A stretch of DNA of 63,705 nt, the filler included, from Basidiobolus meristosporus CBS 931.73 (taxonomy: Eukaryota > Fungi > Basidiobolomycota): the NCBI GenBank assembly GCA_002104905.1. It is 4 parts of 4 records of this genome, joined end to end, with 100 filler letters (N's around TTAATTAATTAA, not from the genome) between each part and the next. Parts side by side here need not be neighbours in the genome. Positions count along the whole stretch, not along the records: positions 56,096 to 63,705 come from MCFE01001351.1; 3 more parts are not named here. The stretch is one strand, 5' to 3'. The translations under genes and the position numbers were made by a program. Shown here in pieces: positions 60,491 to 63,705 of the stretch (the stretch's first letter is position 1; each line of letters begins with the position of its first letter). A model generated the notes under the pieces. That model saw only the letters and a program-made list of their open reading frames with translations. It ran no database searches and had not been told where the DNA came from.

Positions 60491-63400
60491 AGGATAGGGT
60501 AGGGGGGGGGGAGACAGTCACCAACAGGTGAAATCTTTATTTCAGTTGAAACAAAGAAGCCAGTGCTACTGTTGTAGCTTTGATACAAGAGTGTGTAGCT
60601 GAGGGGAATTTGTAGGTAAGTTAATAAGAAGTGATGATAGTTCTTCAGTGCTCAAGATACTGTTCAGTGGGAAGGGGGGTAGCAAGAGAGGTAAGAATGA
60701 CTTGTGAACAACATTAATGAGGGGAATGTGATAAGGATTGATATTCATCATAAAGGGAGTGTGCTGCTGCAGATATTGCTGCCAAAGGTCTGTCAAGTAC
60801 TTCAGGTAGGCCAGCTTGGGTTTTTCTGACTGCAGAATATAGTGAGCAAACTTCTTGACTTCAGGATCTCCAAGTATAGTTCTCCAGCAGGAGTCAGGTG
60901 TTGTGTGGTGTGTTCTCTTCCAGGCCTTAATCAGTGGGTTGTTGCAGTTGTGAAGTCTGAGGTATAATCTGGTTCTAAGGTAGAGAAGTCTGATCTTATA
61001 GGGCATAAACCCAAAAGCACCAAGAATAGCATGTCTGTAGGGGCATTCAGGCAAATGAGGCACCAAGGAGGTAATGCACCATACTGCAAACTTGTCAAGC
61101 TTAGTGCAGTCTCTAGAAGTAAGAGAGAGAAGTGGTAAGCCAAATTCCAGGACAGGGAAGACAAACTGCTTGAGTAGAAGGAGGCAGCTGGGAGCTGAAG
61201 TTGTAGGAGGAGTAACAGCCAGTAGCTTGTGGAGTGCCTGTCTTGCCAGGATAATTCTCTTCTTCAGGTGTGCTCCAGAGTCTAGTCCAGTTGGAAGGAA
61301 AGGAAAGCCAAGATATGTAGCAGAAACCTGAGCAGGTAGAGTGGAGTTCTCCAAGTTGATGGGAGAGCCCAAAGGTACTGTCTTTGCAATGGAAAGCTGG
61401 AGATTATTCTTCTGCAGATACTGGTGGATGGTCTGGGAGTCTTGTTGCAGATTGGAGGAGGATATTCTGATGTCATCAGCAAAGAGAGTAACCAGGCAGT
61501 CAGCTGAGAGTCTTGGGAAATCATTCAGGAAGATGGCAAACAGTATAGGACCAAGCACAGAGCCTTGAACCACTCCATTAGGAACTGAGAAAACAGCTGA
61601 TTGCTCACTTGGGTGCAGAATTCTTGCTTGTGGATCCAGAAACAGAGACCTGACAAGGAGGGTGAGAGAGGTACTGGAGAAGCATTGCAACTTGGACCAA
61701 AGCAGATTTCTGTCAACTGAATCAAAGGCCTTAGTAATATCAAACAGAACAGAGGGATACTTGCACTGGAGAGAGTGATCTTGGCTAAGTATGACTGCAT
61801 ATTCCAAGGAGAGGCCAGGAACAAAGCCAAACTGTGCAGGATGAAACTTGAGGGAGTCAGAGTAGAGCTCCTGAGCAAGCAGAAGCTCAAACACCTTTCT
61901 GCAGGTGGGCAGCAGAGATATTGGCCTGTAGGAGCTAGGATCCAGGTGCTTTCCTTTACCCTTGTACAGTGGCAGAACATTTGCAAAGGACCATTCCTCA
62001 GGAGTAGAAAGCTGGGCTGAGCATTGCTGAAACAGTGGAAGCAGAAGTGCAGACATGGCCTTGGTACTAGTCTTCAGAAGCTCATAGGAGATTGTGTCCA
62101 CACCTGGAGCAGTAGAGTTGGGAAGCCTCTTGAGCACATTATGGATTCTCCTTTGATCAAGTGCAAGTGGGATGGGCAGAGTCTGGAAGTCAGGATGAAA
62201 GCCAGGAGTTGAGTACTGCTTTGTAGAGAAGAAGATGTTAGCCAGCTGTTCTGTTGAAGGTAACTTCCTGGAAGAGGGCCTCATTGCCCTGTAGAGTCTT
62301 GATACTGTTCTTGTTATAGAGTTGGAAGATTGCAGAGGCAAGGAACTCATAATATGATCCCAGAGCTGAGTATGCAGAGTGTGGTGAATTGCCTTGGAGT
62401 GGTGTATTGCTGTCAGGAGGAGTTTCTCTGTTTTTGGGTTAGGGAAGCTCAGGTAGCTTTGTTGCAGGGCTGAAACAATGGATTCCCATTTTCTTGAGGT
62501 AACAGCAGTAGTCTTGCATGGCAGTGAGAGGGAGGGCAGACACCAGAATCAGATGCTTCACAAAGAGCCAGGCAAAGTTGAGATCATCTGGCAGAGAAAG
62601 TAGCAAACTGGCAAGCTTCAAGTAGTTCCCAAAGTCTTTCTTCTGATTCTTGGTAGCTTTGTGGGTGAGCACAGTAAGTTTTGGCAGCTTCTTCTTCACA
62701 ACTGGTTGCATAGAAAGGGACCAGGCTGGGTGGTCAGAGGCTCTCAAGGATCCTAGCTCAGCTCCAGAGAATTGCTTAACTTCATTCACAAAGTAGAGGG
62801 CAGCAGCAGAAGGGCAGATCCAGTCAACACATCTTTTCTCAGATTGAGCACCTAGTGCTAGCAGGTGGCTTTCTCTCAGGAAGTTCAGTAGGAATGTAGA
62901 CCTTGGCTTCATTCTTGCAGTCAGAGTAGTCTTGTTCTCAGGATGGGGAATGTTGAGATCTCCAAGCAAGATAACAGGTGTTGATATAGATTGTTGGTAT
63001 TGCTGAACCTTCTGGCATATAACTTGCACTTCCTGAAGGGCTAGACTTGGAGGCAGATAGCAGAGCACCAGACTGATAGTTGGCAACTGGAGAGCAGCAC
63101 AGTAAGGGGAGTAAAGAGGAACACAGAGCTGAGGAGTATTGATGGTAGAAGAGATGAAGCAGATAGAGGAGGTATTCTTTGTTCTAGGAGTAGAAAAGCA
63201 ATATAGATTAGTCAAAAGTATAGAGGGTAGCTGGACATCAATCAAACACAGGAGGGAAAATCTTGAAAGAAGTCTCTCTAGAGTTGGTCTTGATGGCTGT
63301 ATGCTGTTGCAGTTAAGCAACAGAACTTCAGGTAGTCAGGCAGAGGTTGTAGCTTCTTCAGAGGCAGCATTAACAATGTGACCTGCAGAGTCCCAGAGCT

Positions 63401-63705
63401 CTTCAAATGGTGCATCACTTAAGTCAGCAAGGAGGGAAATGGCATGGTTCTTGAGGAAGTATGCCACATCATAGGAGGGGGCTTGTCTCTTGATGGCAGC
63501 AAAGAAAGACAGAATGGCAACATGGGCTGGAGGCTTGTTGAACAGTAGAGAGTCAGAGGATTCAGATTCTTCAGGCACTATCTTGAAGTCAGTTTTCAGC
63601 CAGTTAAGGTTCTTCTCCACAAAGGCAACAAATGGGTCAGCAATGTTTTGGTCTAGGATAACCTCCAGAATCTTCCCTTTTCTCCAGGCCAGGTTGACAA
63701 TTCTT
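60491..63705 (-). mobile_element. APE-type LINE family 1, copy B (ORF1 end, endonuclease, RT; 5' end outside window)
   Basis: ORF1 tail 63336-63705; apurinic-endonuclease motifs LLNCN, YLPPS, LLGDLN, VDWI, SDH; one frameshift near 62440-62550; RT frame open to the stop at 60566. Confidence 0.94.
60566..63335 (-). pseudogene. LINE ORF2 (APE endonuclease + reverse transcriptase), one frameshift, no ATG before the endonuclease
   Basis: ORFs 62439-63320 and 60566-62350. The RT frame is actually open from ~62550, overlapping the endonuclease frame by about 110 nt. Confidence 0.88.

Noticed and set aside
59353-60588. 411-aa ORF with a novel N-terminus (MYQSYNSSTGFF...)
   Set aside because: Chimeric: the first ~33 codons come from the 3' end and junction of LINE copy B running into truncated copy A.
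58468-62500. LINE copies A and B as an assembly duplication
   Set aside because: They differ by many scattered substitutions, including a nonsense change and CG/TG pairs, and have different junction sequences.
1-63705. tRNA, rRNA or other structured host RNA genes
   Set aside because: None recognised by eye; a tRNAscan-SE/Infernal run would be needed to exclude them.

Overview
Eukaryotic, almost certainly fungal, genomic DNA: ~60-nt GT-AG introns with CTAAY branch points and fungal-type RecQ, IQGAP and serine carboxypeptidase genes. An early-diverging, TE-inflated fungal genome is my inference only. The window is four contigs joined by artificial 100-nt spacers (44N-TTAATTAATTAA-44N), so adjacency across 27.5, 46.1 and 56.0 kb is unproven. 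Two CpG-rich gene islands alternate with almost CpG-free nested transposon blocks. Island 1 (19.6-27.5 kb) holds a homeobox TF and a RecQ/SGS1 helicase. Island 2 (46.2-56.0 kb) holds a serine carboxypeptidase, three tandem GPI-type Ser/Pro-rich surface-protein genes and an IQGAP with about 23 IQ motifs. The TE blocks contain two Ty1/copia families with a Ty5/Hemivirus-type half-tRNA PBS, a chromodomain Ty3 family with a Tf1-like 11-nt self-primer, CACTA and PIF/Harbinger remnants, and APE-type LINEs. The best candidate for a new system is at 57.6-63.7 kb. Four non-LTR 3' ends from two families lie head-to-tail in one orientation, without poly(A) or visible TSDs. Each ends in about two telomere-like (CCCTAA) units, and the array starts exactly where a copia copy is cut off. 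This geometry is expected for retrotranscripts added successively to a TTAGGG chromosome end. All counts and alignments were done by eye and need computational confirmation.
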